Shown here: positions 1-10,332 of the stretch, in pieces
Position numbering within the stretch: position 1 is the stretch's first letter
Layout: each line of letters starts with the position of its first letter
Source of the DNA: a candidate division FCPU426 bacterium
Lineage (GTDB): Bacteria > Oederibacteriota > Muellerivitia > Muellerivitales > Muellerivitaceae
Assembly: GCA_963847625.1 (NCBI GenBank)
Contig: CAWKAR010000028.1
Span: 64,001 to 128,000 of the forward strand
Direction of reading: 5' to 3'
DNA length: 64,000 nt
Made by a program: the position numbers and the translations under genes
The notes under the pieces: model-generated
What the model was told of the DNA's origin: nothing
The model's input: the letters and a program-made list of their open reading frames with translations, nothing else
Database searches by the model: none

Positions 1-3000
1 TCGGTCAAGTCCCGCATACAAGCGACGATCATCTTTTCCGCGCCGAATTGGATGCCAAAACTGAGGGCCTCCACTTTGACAATGGAACCGTCCTTCCGGA
101 CTATCTTCCGCTCGGCCGGAGGATTGAACCCGCCAGATTCCAATGCGCTTTTTAGTCTGGAACGAACGGTAACTTTTTCATCCGGGTGAAGATGGAAATC
201 CCAAGGCCGGCCGACCACTTCCTCGCGGCTGGCGTACCCGGTGAGTTTCAGGAAGGAGGGATTGGCGTAGTAAATCACCTCTCCCCAGTGGATCAGGATG
301 GCTTCAGGGGAATTCTCCACAAGCGCTCGGAAGTTTTCCTCCGACCGCCGGAGTTCCGCTTCGGCTTTTTTCTTTTCCGTGAGGTCCTGAACCACCGCCA
401 GGACAGCAGGTTCCCCTTCGGATAGGACAGAAAGACTCATGATCTCAAGATAAACCGTCCTGCCGTCCTGCCTCAGAAACCGTCTTTCGACAGGAGGATT
501 ATGCACTCCCGGTTTCAACCGGGCGATTCTCTCCCGGGCCTTATCCCTTTCCTCGGGATGGACTAATTCCACGGATACTGTCCCGATTAATTCTCCGGCC
601 TTTTCATATCCCAATATCCTCAGGGCCGCCTCGTTGATATAGGTGATTTTCCCCAAGCGATGAACCCAAATCCCGTAGGGGATCTTTTCCAGAAGGGTCC
701 GGAATTTTTCCTCGGATTGCCTGATGGCGTCCTCGGCCAGGACCCTTTCAGTCATGTCACGATAGTTAAAAATGATTCCCCGGATGGCGGGATGGTTCAA
801 CAGGTTGGTGCAGGCCACCTCGAGGTGCTTCAAGGATCCGTCTTTGTGCCGCACCAGCAGGCGGGCTGTGCGGGTCCCATCGACATCCTGGACAAACCGC
901 TCGAATTCAAGTCGGATATCCTTGCGGTCCTCTTCGGACAGTAGTTCCATGAACGAGTGTCCAACCCGCTCTTCCGGATCGTAACCCAGGATTCTTTTGA
1001 TGGAGGAACTCAAATAGAGGAGTTTTCCATTCGCGTCCACCACATCGATTCCGTCATAGGACTTCTCGATGAGGCTCCGGAATTTCTCCTCGGATTTGGC
1101 CAGCGCTTCCTCGGCGAGTTTTTTTTCGGTCACATTCCGGGAGTTGACCACGATGCCGCCGACAGCGGGGTCGTGGAGAAGGTTCGTGGCGACAACCTCG
1201 AAATCAACCAAATGACCGTCCTTGTGGCGGGCCTTGATTTCCGTTCGGATAGGCATGCCGGGCGCGGCCAGGATGTGCTTCAGCAATTTATGCATTTTTT
1301 CATCGTCGGCCGTGACCCCCGAGTCCACAGCCGTTCCTTTTCTCTCGCCGGGAAGGTATCCCAGCAGCCTCTCCAACGCCGGGCTTTCATACAACCTTTC
1401 CCCATGGGGGCCCCAAATTTGGATCAAGTCGTGGGAATGCTCGATGAGACTCCGGAACCTTTTCTCCGATTTCACGACCTCTTCTTCGGATTTCCTTTTC
1501 TCGGTGACGTCCCGGAAAACGGCGCCAAAACCCATCACCGGGGCGTTATTCAACAGGTTCGTGATGGTTCCCTCCAACTTACGCCAGGAACCGTTCTTAT
1601 GCTTGCCCCGCAATTCAAACCCGATGGCTTTGCCGGGGTTGGCAGTGACGACCTCCACAATCTTTCCCAACACATCCAGGTCATCCGGGTGGACGAAACT
1701 CCCGTCCTGTCGCCCCATTAATTCCTCTGGAAAGTATCCCAAGACGTTCTTGACCGAAGGGCTCACATACTTCACATCGGATTGAAGATCCACAACGGCC
1801 AGGACATCATTGGAATTCTCGATGAGAGTCCTGAACTTTTCCTCGGATTGCTTGAGCGCCTCCCGGGTCTTCTTCTCCTCGGTAATGTCGCGGTAATTCA
1901 GGACCAAGCCGCCCACCATGGATTCCTGGAAATGGTTGGTGCCTGTTATTTCCAACGTCCGCCAGCTTCCGTCCTTGTGAAGAACCCGCAACTCATCCTG
2001 CTTCGTCACGCCGGGTAAGTGGGCCACTTCCTGGAAAAGGGCCATGGCCTTTTCCCGGTCCCCCGGATGGAGAATCTCGAAACAGCTCTTCCCCACCAAA
2101 TCCTCCGGCAGGTAGCCCAGGACGCCCTGCACCGAGGGGCTGACGTAGCGAATCAGGGTGTCGGGCCCGATGATCTTGATCCCTTCGTGGGATTTCTCGA
2201 TCAGTGTCCGGAACTTTTCCTCGGACGCCTTGATCGAGTCCAGGGCCAGCTTCCGCTCGGTGATGTCACGACAGGTGACAATGATGCCACGGACGGCGGG
2301 ATTTTTCAGGTGGTTGACGATCGTGGCTTCGACGGTTCGCCAGGAACCATCCTTGTGCTTGACACGCCCCTCCATCGTGGCGGTGGAGCCCTCCTTTTGG
2401 ACGATCCATCGGAAAACCTTGTGGAAGCCCTTCAAATCTTCCGGATGCACGAAAACATCCATTTTCTTTCCCAACAGCTCCTCGGTCTCATACCCCATCA
2501 TTTTTTTTTGCGAAGGGCTGAGGTACCGGACCAAGCCGTCGGCCCCCACCAGGGAAATGACGTCAAGGGAGTTCTCGGTGAGGCTCCGGAAGAGTTCTTC
2601 CGAGCCCCGCAGCGCCGCCTCAGCGCTTTTTTTCTCGGTGATGTCGTGGAAATTAAGGACCAAGCCCCTCACCCGGGGATCCTTGAAATGGTTGGCGCCC
2701 GTGATATCCAACGCTCTCCAGGTTCCGTCCTTGTGCCGGACGTTGAATTCTTCCCGGATGACGCAGCCGGGTGTTTCCGCGAGGACCTTAAAAAAAGAAC
2801 CAACTTTCTCGGCAATTTCAGGATGAAGCACTTTCAGGGGATTTTTACCGTCCAAGTTCTTGGGGGTATATCCCAGGACTCTTTCCAACGAGGGGCTGGC
2901 GTAGCGCACATGATTATCGACGCCGATAATCATGATCCCGTCGCTGTATTTTTCTACGAGGTTTCGGTATTGGTCCGATTGCCGGATCTTGATTTTTTTC

Positions 3001-3158
3001 CCGCGGGGTTTCTCCATGCGATTGGCCGCCGGTGAGAGTATTTCTGGAAGAATCCCCTTTTTTCCGGAGGGAAGACTTTTGGAGCCGGTCTTTTTTCGAC
3101 TATTCGGGGCCCTTTTAGAAAACAGCTTAGATGGGATTTTAGTTCTTTTTTGTTTCAT
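1..3158 (-). CDS. Multi-PAS-domain sensor protein, about 8 tandem PAS/PAC domains; 3' end runs off the window
   Basis: Absent from the ORF track because it has no stop in the window. Minus-strand translation from ATG 3158 gives MKQKRTK...QYRNLVEKYSDGIMII...YASPSLERVLGY...HPE...RHKDGTWRALDITG...FHDITEKK. This unit recurs about every 375 bp and ends ...MIVACMRDLT at base 1 in the same frame. Confidence 0.9.
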   Translation of the reverse strand, partial: MKQKRTKIPSKLFSKRAPNSRKKTGSKSLPSGKKGILPEILSPAANRMEKPRGKKIKIRQSDQYRNLVEKYSDGIMIIGVDNHVRYASPSLERVLGYTPKNLDGKNPLKVLHPEIAEKVGSFFKVLAETPGCVIREEFNVRHKDGTWRALDITGANHFKDPRVRGLVLNFHDITEKKSAEAALRGSEELFRSLTENSLDVISLVGADGLVRYLSPSQKKMMGYETEELLGKKMDVFVHPEDLKGFHKVFRWIVQKEGSTATMEGRVKHKDGSWRTVEATIVNHLKNPAVRGIIVTCRDITERKLALDSIKASEEKFRTLIEKSHEGIKIIGPDTLIRYVSPSVQGVLGYLPEDLVGKSCFEILHPGDREKAMALFQEVAHLPGVTKQDELRVLHKDGSWRTLEITGTNHFQESMVGGLVLNYRDITEEKKTREALKQSEEKFRTLIENSNDVLAVVDLQSDVKYVSPSVKNVLGYFPEELMGRQDGSFVHPDDLDVLGKIVEVVTANPGKAIGFELRGKHKNGSWRKLEGTITNLLNNAPVMGFGAVFRDVTEKRKSEEEVVKSEKRFRSLIEHSHDLIQIWGPHGERLYESPALERLLGYLPGERKGTAVDSGVTADDEKMHKLLKHILAAPGMPIRTEIKARHKDGHLVDFEVVATNLLHDPAVGGIVVNSRNVTEKKLAEEALAKSEEKFRSLIEKSYDGIDVVDANGKLLYLSSSIKRILGYDPEERVGHSFMELLSEEDRKDIRLEFERFVQDVDGTRTARLLVRHKDGSLKHLEVACTNLLNHPAIRGIIFNYRDMTERVLAEDAIRQSEEKFRTLLEKIPYGIWVHRLGKITYINEAALRILGYEKAGELIGTVSVELVHPEERDKARERIARLKPGVHNPPVERRFLRQDGRTVYLEIMSLSVLSEGEPAVLAVVQDLTEKKKAEAELRRSEENFRALVENSPEAILIHWGEVIYYANPSFLKLTGYASREEVVGRPWDFHLHPDEKVTVRSRLKSALESGGFNPPAERKIVRKDGSIVKVEALSFGIQFGAEKMIVACMRDLT

Positions 3159-3396
3159 ACCGCGCTCGAGGGGCCATCAAGAGGATGGTCGGAATGGAGT
3201 AATTGTTCCATCATCCTGGCAATGGGACAGGGACTTTGGATATTTTCTTGTTGTTTTGATAGTATAGCCCCCTTGATGGGGATTATTTCTTAATTTCCGG
3301 CGGGATCAGGTATTCCTTTCCCCGCAATCCCCAAAATGCCAGGATTTTTAACACTTTTTATTTAAGGCGAAAAAAACCATCTCGTGAAGGATTTTC

Positions 3397-4062
3397 ATGA
3401 AACAAATTCTAGTCTCCGCGTCCATCCTAGCCGCGAACCTGGGAAAACTCTCGGAAGAATGCCAAAGGGCCCTGAAAGCAGGCGCGGACATGCTGCACAT
3501 GGACGTGATGGACGGTCATTTTGTTCCCAACCTCACTTTCGGAGCGCCGGTTATCGCCGGGCTCAAGGGTCAGGTGAAGGCGCCTATTGAAGCGCATTTG
3601 ATGATCGAGAACGCCGAAAAGTTCATTCACGACTTCGCCAAGGCGGGTTCTACCGCGATTTTATTTCACGCTGAGACCGTGGAAGACCCGGTGACCCTCA
3701 TCCACCTCATCCGGGTTAACGGATGCAAGGCCGGTATGGTCCTTAATCCCGATACCCCGGAGGATATCCTGAAGCCTTTTGCCAAGGACCTGGACTCCGT
3801 GCTTTTCATGAGTGTTTATCCCGGTTACGCGGGCCAAGCCTTCATTCCCCGGGTCGTTCCCAAAATCAGCCGCTTTTCAAAGTGGTGCCGCGGGGAAGGC
3901 CTGGATCTGGATATTGCGGTGGATGGAGGAATCTCCCCCCAGACCGCGCCCGCGGCAGTCGAAGCGGGCGCCAACGTGTTGGTGGCCGCTACTTCCCTCT
4001 TCAAGGCTCCCAACATGGAACAAGCGATAAGAGCCCTGAAAACCGCGGGAGTAAAAACTTGA
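3397..4062 (+). CDS. rpe: Ribulose-phosphate 3-epimerase
   Basis: Motifs SILAAN, LHMDVMDGHFVPNLTFG, AHLMI, MSVYPGYAGQ, VDGGI. Confidence 0.97.
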   Translation: MKQILVSASILAANLGKLSEECQRALKAGADMLHMDVMDGHFVPNLTFGAPVIAGLKGQVKAPIEAHLMIENAEKFIHDFAKAGSTAILFHAETVEDPVTLIHLIRVNGCKAGMVLNPDTPEDILKPFAKDLDSVLFMSVYPGYAGQAFIPRVVPKISRFSKWCRGEGLDLDIAVDGGISPQTAPAAVEAGANVLVAATSLFKAPNMEQAIRALKTAGVKT

Positions 4063-4103
4063 TTATTTCAAACCGTTTGGTTGGGAATGGGATGGATCAT
4101 TAA

Positions 4104-6140
4104 ATGTCTAAAATTAATGGCTTAAAAACATTGTTCCTGGTTTTTGGGTGTCTGGGTAGCGTGTTTTTGCTATTAGTCATGACTTGCGGTTGCGCGACCT
4201 CCCCTCTCAATAAAAAACAGCCGGGTGAAATCTCAGAGGCCGAGCAGCTCCTGTCACAGGCCGTGACCCAATTCCAGGAACCCGATGCTCCCAAATTCCT
4301 GGTCGTTTTGGACCAAGCCCAGGTGGATTGGAATCATGACAAAAGCATGAAGATCACGGTCCACCGGATTTGGGCCGCGTCGGCTAAGCCGGACGCGGCC
4401 CTTCCTCCCCTGGCCACCCTGAACCAGAATTCCCAGACCCTGGCGGTACAAACCCTAAATTTATATGACTTGAACAAGGACGGAACCTTCAGCCGGGTGT
4501 CCTCACCCGTCTCGTTGGAATGGACGACCCCTGAGCCCAACCTCCCCGAGGGTCTTTCAAAAATCGTTACCGTCCACTTGCCCGTCCTCGCCGCCCACCA
4601 GGCTCTCGAGGTGGCTTATACCTTGGAAACTAAAATCTCCAGCCTCATGTCCGAACGTGACTTTAAAAAGGACTTCAAAAAACCCCATCCCGTGGCGGCG
4701 GAGGGCAGCTTCGCCTTTTGCTGGAACGATTACACACCTTCCCTCAAGCGGGATCTGACTGTGAAGATGCCCTCGGACCTTTCTCTTTACGCCGTCAGGT
4801 TGCGGATGCCCCAAAACCTGCTGGTATCCGAGGAAAAACATTCCAAGGAAAAAACCGTTCATTTTTCAATGGATGACCCAGCCGACCCCATCCCGGTGGA
4901 AAGCTACCAGCCCGCCCTCCAGGACCTGGCCCCGCTGGCCGCCTTCACGGTCAACAAAAGCTGGGAATCATCCCTGTCGACCTATCGCAAGAGGGTCAAG
5001 ATGTACTTGGACGCCGAACCGGGGCCGGTGTATGACCTGCTCGGGGACGCCGGCGGCAACACGACCCTCCCCCTGGCCGACCGCCTTTCCAAATTGAAGG
5101 AGGCTATCCACCAAAAAGTGGAATGGGTGGATACAGGCCTGCCGGTTTACCTGAATCCGGACCGCCCGGTGAGCGAGATCATCGACAGCGGCAAGGGCAC
5201 CTCCCACGATCTTGCCATGCTGTTCGTCATGGCCCTGAAAGCAATCAAATTGAACCCGCAGGTTTACCTCTACCGCCAATCCACGAGCGGCGACCTGTTG
5301 GGGGACCTGCCAGCCCTCTCCCAATTTGACGGGATTCTGGTAGCCGTCTCCAGCGGCAAAGACCTCATCTGGCTGGACCCCACCGAGCCTCTTGCCGCCC
5401 CCCGTTTTCTTCCCCTGTCCTCCCTGGGTCGGCAGGCTCTTTCGGTGTTCACTCCCCTGACCTGGAAAACCCTTCCCCCCTTCACCGCCAGGGAACACCG
5501 CAAACACCGGGACCTCACCATGAGCTTCGATGCATCGGGCAAGCTGAAATGCACGGTCGACATGCGCGCTTACGGCTCCTCTGAGCTGGCCCTCCGGCGG
5601 TTTTTCAGGGCCACCACGGGCGACAACCGCCGGCAAGCGGTCTTAAAGTCCCTTTCCAAGCGTTTTCCGGGCGTTCGCCTCCTGGATTACCATTTCGGGG
5701 ACTACCGCGATTTGTCCACTCCTCTGGATGTTCATTACACCTTCGAGATCCCCCGTTACTCCAAATTTGCCGCTGACGGCGGCATGACCTTTTACCCCCT
5801 GGTTTTCGAGGACATTGACGACTTTTTCGCCACCCTCAAGGAAAGCCGTCAAACTCCCGTGGTTATCCCTCAAAACTTCAATTCGGAAACTCAGGCCATC
5901 GTGAAACTGCCAGGCGGGTATAAGACGGGGGATCTGCCCAAAGCCGTGATGACAACCAACCAAGTCGCGGAGTTCTCGGCGGACTCGAAGGTCCAATTCG
6001 ACACGCTCGTCTACGAGCGTTATTTGGGCTTGAAGCAGCGCACTATCCTTCCCGGTAACGAATACAAGGATCTATTGGAATTCTATCAGACCGTCCTGAA
6101 ACAGGACCGAACTCCCTTTATAGCCGAGAAGGCAAAATAA
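4104..6140 (+). CDS. Exported DUF3857/transglutaminase-like/DUF3858 protein, probably catalytically inactive
   Basis: Hydrophobic N-terminus with Cys (possible lipoprotein). Transglutaminase-like core (SEIIDSGKGTSHDLAMLF...LSQFDGILV...WLDPT) and a C-terminus of the LPxGY...YERYL...EYKDLLEFY type. Confidence 0.7.
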   Translation: MSKINGLKTLFLVFGCLGSVFLLLVMTCGCATSPLNKKQPGEISEAEQLLSQAVTQFQEPDAPKFLVVLDQAQVDWNHDKSMKITVHRIWAASAKPDAALPPLATLNQNSQTLAVQTLNLYDLNKDGTFSRVSSPVSLEWTTPEPNLPEGLSKIVTVHLPVLAAHQALEVAYTLETKISSLMSERDFKKDFKKPHPVAAEGSFAFCWNDYTPSLKRDLTVKMPSDLSLYAVRLRMPQNLLVSEEKHSKEKTVHFSMDDPADPIPVESYQPALQDLAPLAAFTVNKSWESSLSTYRKRVKMYLDAEPGPVYDLLGDAGGNTTLPLADRLSKLKEAIHQKVEWVDTGLPVYLNPDRPVSEIIDSGKGTSHDLAMLFVMALKAIKLNPQVYLYRQSTSGDLLGDLPALSQFDGILVAVSSGKDLIWLDPTEPLAAPRFLPLSSLGRQALSVFTPLTWKTLPPFTAREHRKHRDLTMSFDASGKLKCTVDMRAYGSSELALRRFFRATTGDNRRQAVLKSLSKRFPGVRLLDYHFGDYRDLSTPLDVHYTFEIPRYSKFAADGGMTFYPLVFEDIDDFFATLKESRQTPVVIPQNFNSETQAIVKLPGGYKTGDLPKAVMTTNQVAEFSADSKVQFDTLVYERYLGLKQRTILPGNEYKDLLEFYQTVLKQDRTPFIAEKAK

Positions 6141-6193
6141 AGGTTTGAACCACCCCCATTGATTTAACTCCCTTTTCACTCCATAACCCGAAC

Positions 6194-8674
6194 ATGCCCG
6201 TGATAAACTCTCCTTACAAATCCAACCGAGGCCTTTCCATCCGAAAAACTCTTTTTCTCCTTCTCCCTTTTTTCTTTTGCGCCGGCCTGCAGGCAGCCAC
6301 GATCACTTTCACTGTGGATACGAGTGCTCCCGTATCGGTCATCCCTCCTTATTGTTATGGTTCCAACAATATCATCACCAACAATCCAACCACTCAGACA
6401 ACCCCGACAATCACCCTGGTTAATAACATTCCCCTCTATCGGCAGGGCGGCAACCGCCTCACAGCATACAACTGGGAAAATAACGCCTCCAACGCTGGCA
6501 TGGATTGGGGTCCCAACCATGAGGATTGGTATATGGTGCCAAACAATGTCTTGCCCCCGGGTATGCCGGCAACAACCTTGACTTCTTTCATCCTAAGCAA
6601 CAACGCCGTCCTGGCCGCTTCCCTGGTCACTCTGCAAATGGCCGGTTATGTCTCGGCCGACGGCAACTGCAACTGCGACGTGACTGTCACCGGGGCGGCG
6701 GACACTAGCGGCACCTATTGGAAGACGGTCAGCTTCACCGGAGGCCCTTCTTCGGGCACCCCGGTCACTACCGATAATGTGGTTTACATGGACGAAGCGA
6801 TGCACTATCTGGTGAACAGCGTCGGATCCGCCGGGAGGGGGGGAGCCCTCTTTTACGACTTGGACAACGAGCCGGGCATTTGGAACGGCACCCATCCTCT
6901 CGTCCATCCCGCCCAGGCCGCTTGTTCCGAAGTTGCCGGTAAAGGAGTCAGCCTGGCCACAGTGATTACCTCCATCGATCCGGGAGCCCAGGTCCTGGGA
7001 CCGGTTGCTTATGGCTGGGGAGAATACACCAATAACCAAGGTGCGCCGGATGCCGTTAATCTTTCTTCCTACGACAATGGCAACTATATTCCCTACTTGA
7101 ATTATTACCTGGCCACGATGAACACCGCGTCCAGTTCTGCTAGCCGGCGGCTTTTACATTACCTGGACCTGCATTGGTATCCTGAGGCGACTGGAAACGG
7201 AGTACGCATTACCAACGATGATACCAGCCAACTGGTCGCCATTGCCCGCATGCAGGCACCTCGGAGCCTTTGGGACCCCACTTATACTGAAACCAGTTGG
7301 ATCGCCCAAAACTCACTTCCAAACTCCCCCATCACTCTCATCCCCCGCCTCCAAGCCGCGGTCAGCCAATATTATCACGGGACAAAACTATTCTTTTCGG
7401 AGTACCAATACGGGTCCGGCGAGGACATATCCGGCGGGGTAGCCCAGGCGGACGCACTGGGAATTTTCGGAAAGTACGGGGTAGGAGCCTGCCGGTGGGA
7501 CGACGGCACCAACAACGCCTATGTCGGCGCGGCTTTCAACCTCTACTTGAACTATAACGGGGCCGGGGCTGGTTTTGGGGACCTTTCAATGCCCCTCTCG
7601 GTTCCCAGTGCCAGTATCGCCCTGGCTTCCGGCTACGCCTCGCGAAGCAATTCCCAACCCAACAAAATCTGGATCGTGGCCATCAGCCGGAATTATTCCT
7701 CGGCCTCCGTCACGGACACCGGAAGTTTCACACTTAACAACCTGTCGGGTGGCCAAGGCATTTCCTCGATCAAGTCTTACCGGTTTGACTCTACCCATTC
7801 CACCCTTTACAGTCCAGTCGCGCCCGTCACGACCTCGGCGACCAGTTTTACCGACAACCTCCCGGGACGTTCCGGCACCCTCTATGAAATCACCCTGAAC
7901 CAAACCTTTATCACCTTCACCCCTTCACCCACCGCCACTTCCATGGCAACACCCACCAAAACACCCACCCCCACCAATTCTCCAACGCTTACCCGGACCC
8001 ACACGTTCACGGCAACCCTGACCCCTAGCCAGACCAAAACTTCAACAATCACTCCTACTCTAACGATTACAGCGGTCATGCTTACACCGGCGATCACCTT
8101 GACTCCCACCGATACCATCAGTCCCACTCCATGGCCGACAGGTGTTCCCACATATACTTATACCGACACTCCGACTGCCACAGATACTTTGACGATAACG
8201 AGCACTCCGACGAGCACTCCGCCGCCGACCATCACCTGGACCCAAACCGACACTCCGACCTTTACAGACACCTTGACGGCGACGAACTCACCAACGAACA
8301 CCCCGTCGCCGACTTTCACCTGGACCCAAACCGAAACCTATTCCCCCACGGCGACGTCCTCGCCAACCCTCTCAATGACCCCCACCCCCAGTTGTTTTTA
8401 TGTCGGTATGAACGTGTTTCAACCCAGCCAGGCGCCCGTCACCATCAGTTTCTGCCATTCAAATTCGGGTCATTATTCCCTGAAAATTTACAATTCAGCC
8501 GGTGAGCATATTAAAACCTTTCTCGACGGGCACATCGGAGTCTCACCAGCCTCCCAGACTTATCTTTGGGACGGGACGAACAAAGACAACGACGAATGCG
8601 CCAGCGGGGTTTATTTACTTAAGCTTTCCAAACCCAATGGAACACAGTGGAAGAGGATCATCCTTATCAAATAG
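6194..8674 (+). CDS. Secreted GH44 endoglucanase/xyloglucanase with Thr/Pro linker and C-terminal FlgD-Ig/T9SS-like domain (subtype B)
   Basis: GH44 motifs RQGGNRLTAYNWENNASNAG, YDLDNEP, LDLHWYPE, MQAPRSLWDPTYTETSWI, FSEY. Signal peptide ending LQA. Tail SLKIYNSAGE...WDGTN...CASGVY. Confidence 0.9.
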   Translation: MPVINSPYKSNRGLSIRKTLFLLLPFFFCAGLQAATITFTVDTSAPVSVIPPYCYGSNNIITNNPTTQTTPTITLVNNIPLYRQGGNRLTAYNWENNASNAGMDWGPNHEDWYMVPNNVLPPGMPATTLTSFILSNNAVLAASLVTLQMAGYVSADGNCNCDVTVTGAADTSGTYWKTVSFTGGPSSGTPVTTDNVVYMDEAMHYLVNSVGSAGRGGALFYDLDNEPGIWNGTHPLVHPAQAACSEVAGKGVSLATVITSIDPGAQVLGPVAYGWGEYTNNQGAPDAVNLSSYDNGNYIPYLNYYLATMNTASSSASRRLLHYLDLHWYPEATGNGVRITNDDTSQLVAIARMQAPRSLWDPTYTETSWIAQNSLPNSPITLIPRLQAAVSQYYHGTKLFFSEYQYGSGEDISGGVAQADALGIFGKYGVGACRWDDGTNNAYVGAAFNLYLNYNGAGAGFGDLSMPLSVPSASIALASGYASRSNSQPNKIWIVAISRNYSSASVTDTGSFTLNNLSGGQGISSIKSYRFDSTHSTLYSPVAPVTTSATSFTDNLPGRSGTLYEITLNQTFITFTPSPTATSMATPTKTPTPTNSPTLTRTHTFTATLTPSQTKTSTITPTLTITAVMLTPAITLTPTDTISPTPWPTGVPTYTYTDTPTATDTLTITSTPTSTPPPTITWTQTDTPTFTDTLTATNSPTNTPSPTFTWTQTETYSPTATSSPTLSMTPTPSCFYVGMNVFQPSQAPVTISFCHSNSGHYSLKIYNSAGEHIKTFLDGHIGVSPASQTYLWDGTNKDNDECASGVYLLKLSKPNGTQWKRIILIK

Positions 8675-8847
8675 ACGGATTTCATCCGAAAGACCTCGGA
8701 GACCCCTCGTTGCTTCGGTCTAACCCTTCCCGGCAACAGTTGCCCTTTACCTGTGTGGCCTCCTAAACATGTCCCTTCGTGCTGCTTTTCTTTTTTTAGA
8801 AAGCCCCTTAAAATTACCTTTCTTTGATTCCAAGCGGTGGAGAGAAT

Positions 8848-10227
8848 ATGTTCGAGCAGTTAACCGAGAAAATCCAAAAGGTTTTCAAGAACCTCCGGGG
8901 GCAGGGAAAGCTGACCGAGGAGAACGTCCAAGAGGCCCTGAAAGAAGTCCGCCTCGCGCTTTTGGACGCCGATGTGAATGTCGAAACCGCCAGGCTTTTC
9001 CTGGAAAAAGTTGAGGAAAAGTCCCTGGGACGGGAAGTCGCCCTCAGCCTGACCCCCGGCCAGGTCATGATCAAGATCGTCCACGATGAGTTGATCCAAC
9101 TTCTGACCCCGAAGGACCGCAACGCGGTCAAATTGAAGTTCGCCCCAGCTCCCCCCACCTTGATCCTGTTGGCGGGTCTCCAGGGCACCGGCAAGACGAC
9201 CACTGCCGCCAAACTGGCCCTTTGGTTCAAGAAAGACGGCCGCAAACCCGGCCTCGTGGCGGCCGACCTGGTCCGTCCGGCCGCGGTGGACCAGTTGGCC
9301 GTGCTGGCCAAGGAAATCGGCGTCCCCCTCTTCCGACCGGAACCCGGCGAAAAGGCGCTGGATGTCTGCTTGAGGGCGGTCAAGACCTGCCTGCAGAACG
9401 ACGCCAACATCCTCGTCTTGGATACGGCGGGACGTCTTCAGATCGACCAGGAAATGATGGACGAGATCGCCGAGATCCATAAAAAGCTCAAGCCTACCAA
9501 TGTCATGCTGGTCGTGGACGCCATGACCGGCCAGAACGCGGTCAACGTGGCCAAGGCCTTCCACTCCCGCCTGGCCTTGACCGGCCTAGTGCTGACCAAA
9601 GCGGACGGGGACGCCCGCGGCGGCGCCGTTTTTTCCATCACCTCCGTCACGGGAATACCCATCCAGTTCGTGGGGGTGAGCGAAAAGATGGACGGCCTGG
9701 AACCCTTTTATCCGGACCGAATGGCCTCCCGGATCCTTGGATTGGGCGACATCCTGACCCTGGTGGAAAAAGTCGAGGAAGCTGCCCGCCAAACCGCTTT
9801 TGAGAAACAAAAACTTTCCAAACCATCGGATTTCAACATGGACGACCTACTTGAGCAAATCCGCCAATTGAAAAAAATGGGTTCGATGGACGAACTCATT
9901 TCCATGATGCCGGGTGATCCCGCGAAAAAAAAGCAAATGATGGCGGGCGCACCGGACGAAAAAAAGATCAAACGAATGGAAGCCATCCTGTTGTCCATGA
10001 CGCAAAAAGAAAGGAAGTTCCCTCAGTTGTTGGACGGTTCCCGAAAACGACGCATCGCTGCCGGAAGCGGAACCAGGCCCGACGAGATCAACCAGCTTCT
10101 GAAGCAATACGACCTCATGCATAAGATGATGAAAAAAGGGGGCCTGACGCAAAAAGTCCAAAACCTGATGGGAAGTCAGGGATTAGGTGGTTTCCCCACG
10201 GGAATGCCCCCCGGTTTTCCTCGTTAG
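8848..10227 (+). CDS. ffh: Signal recognition particle protein Ffh
   Basis: MFEQLTEK start, GLQGTGKTTT P-loop, DTAGR, TKADGDARGG, Met-rich M domain with SRKRRIAAGSG. Confidence 0.98.
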   Translation: MFEQLTEKIQKVFKNLRGQGKLTEENVQEALKEVRLALLDADVNVETARLFLEKVEEKSLGREVALSLTPGQVMIKIVHDELIQLLTPKDRNAVKLKFAPAPPTLILLAGLQGTGKTTTAAKLALWFKKDGRKPGLVAADLVRPAAVDQLAVLAKEIGVPLFRPEPGEKALDVCLRAVKTCLQNDANILVLDTAGRLQIDQEMMDEIAEIHKKLKPTNVMLVVDAMTGQNAVNVAKAFHSRLALTGLVLTKADGDARGGAVFSITSVTGIPIQFVGVSEKMDGLEPFYPDRMASRILGLGDILTLVEKVEEAARQTAFEKQKLSKPSDFNMDDLLEQIRQLKKMGSMDELISMMPGDPAKKKQMMAGAPDEKKIKRMEAILLSMTQKERKFPQLLDGSRKRRIAAGSGTRPDEINQLLKQYDLMHKMMKKGGLTQKVQNLMGSQGLGGFPTGMPPGFPR

Positions 10228-10332
10228 AAAAACCTATATTTAAAGGGTTTGCGTTGACCTTTGAAAAGCCAGGGCGATACAATGACGTCCCACTCGCGAT
10301 TTCACACTCTATCTCCAAGGTAAATTTTTTCC

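Noticed and set aside
186..3267. Plus-strand ORFs up to 338 aa
   Set aside because: Antisense shadows of the minus-strand multi-PAS gene.
8676..8800. Possible SRP RNA or riboswitch upstream of ffh
   Set aside because: Only a short hairpin (GGCAAC-A-GTTGCC) is visible; the SRP domain IV motif was not found on either strand. An Rfam scan would settle it.
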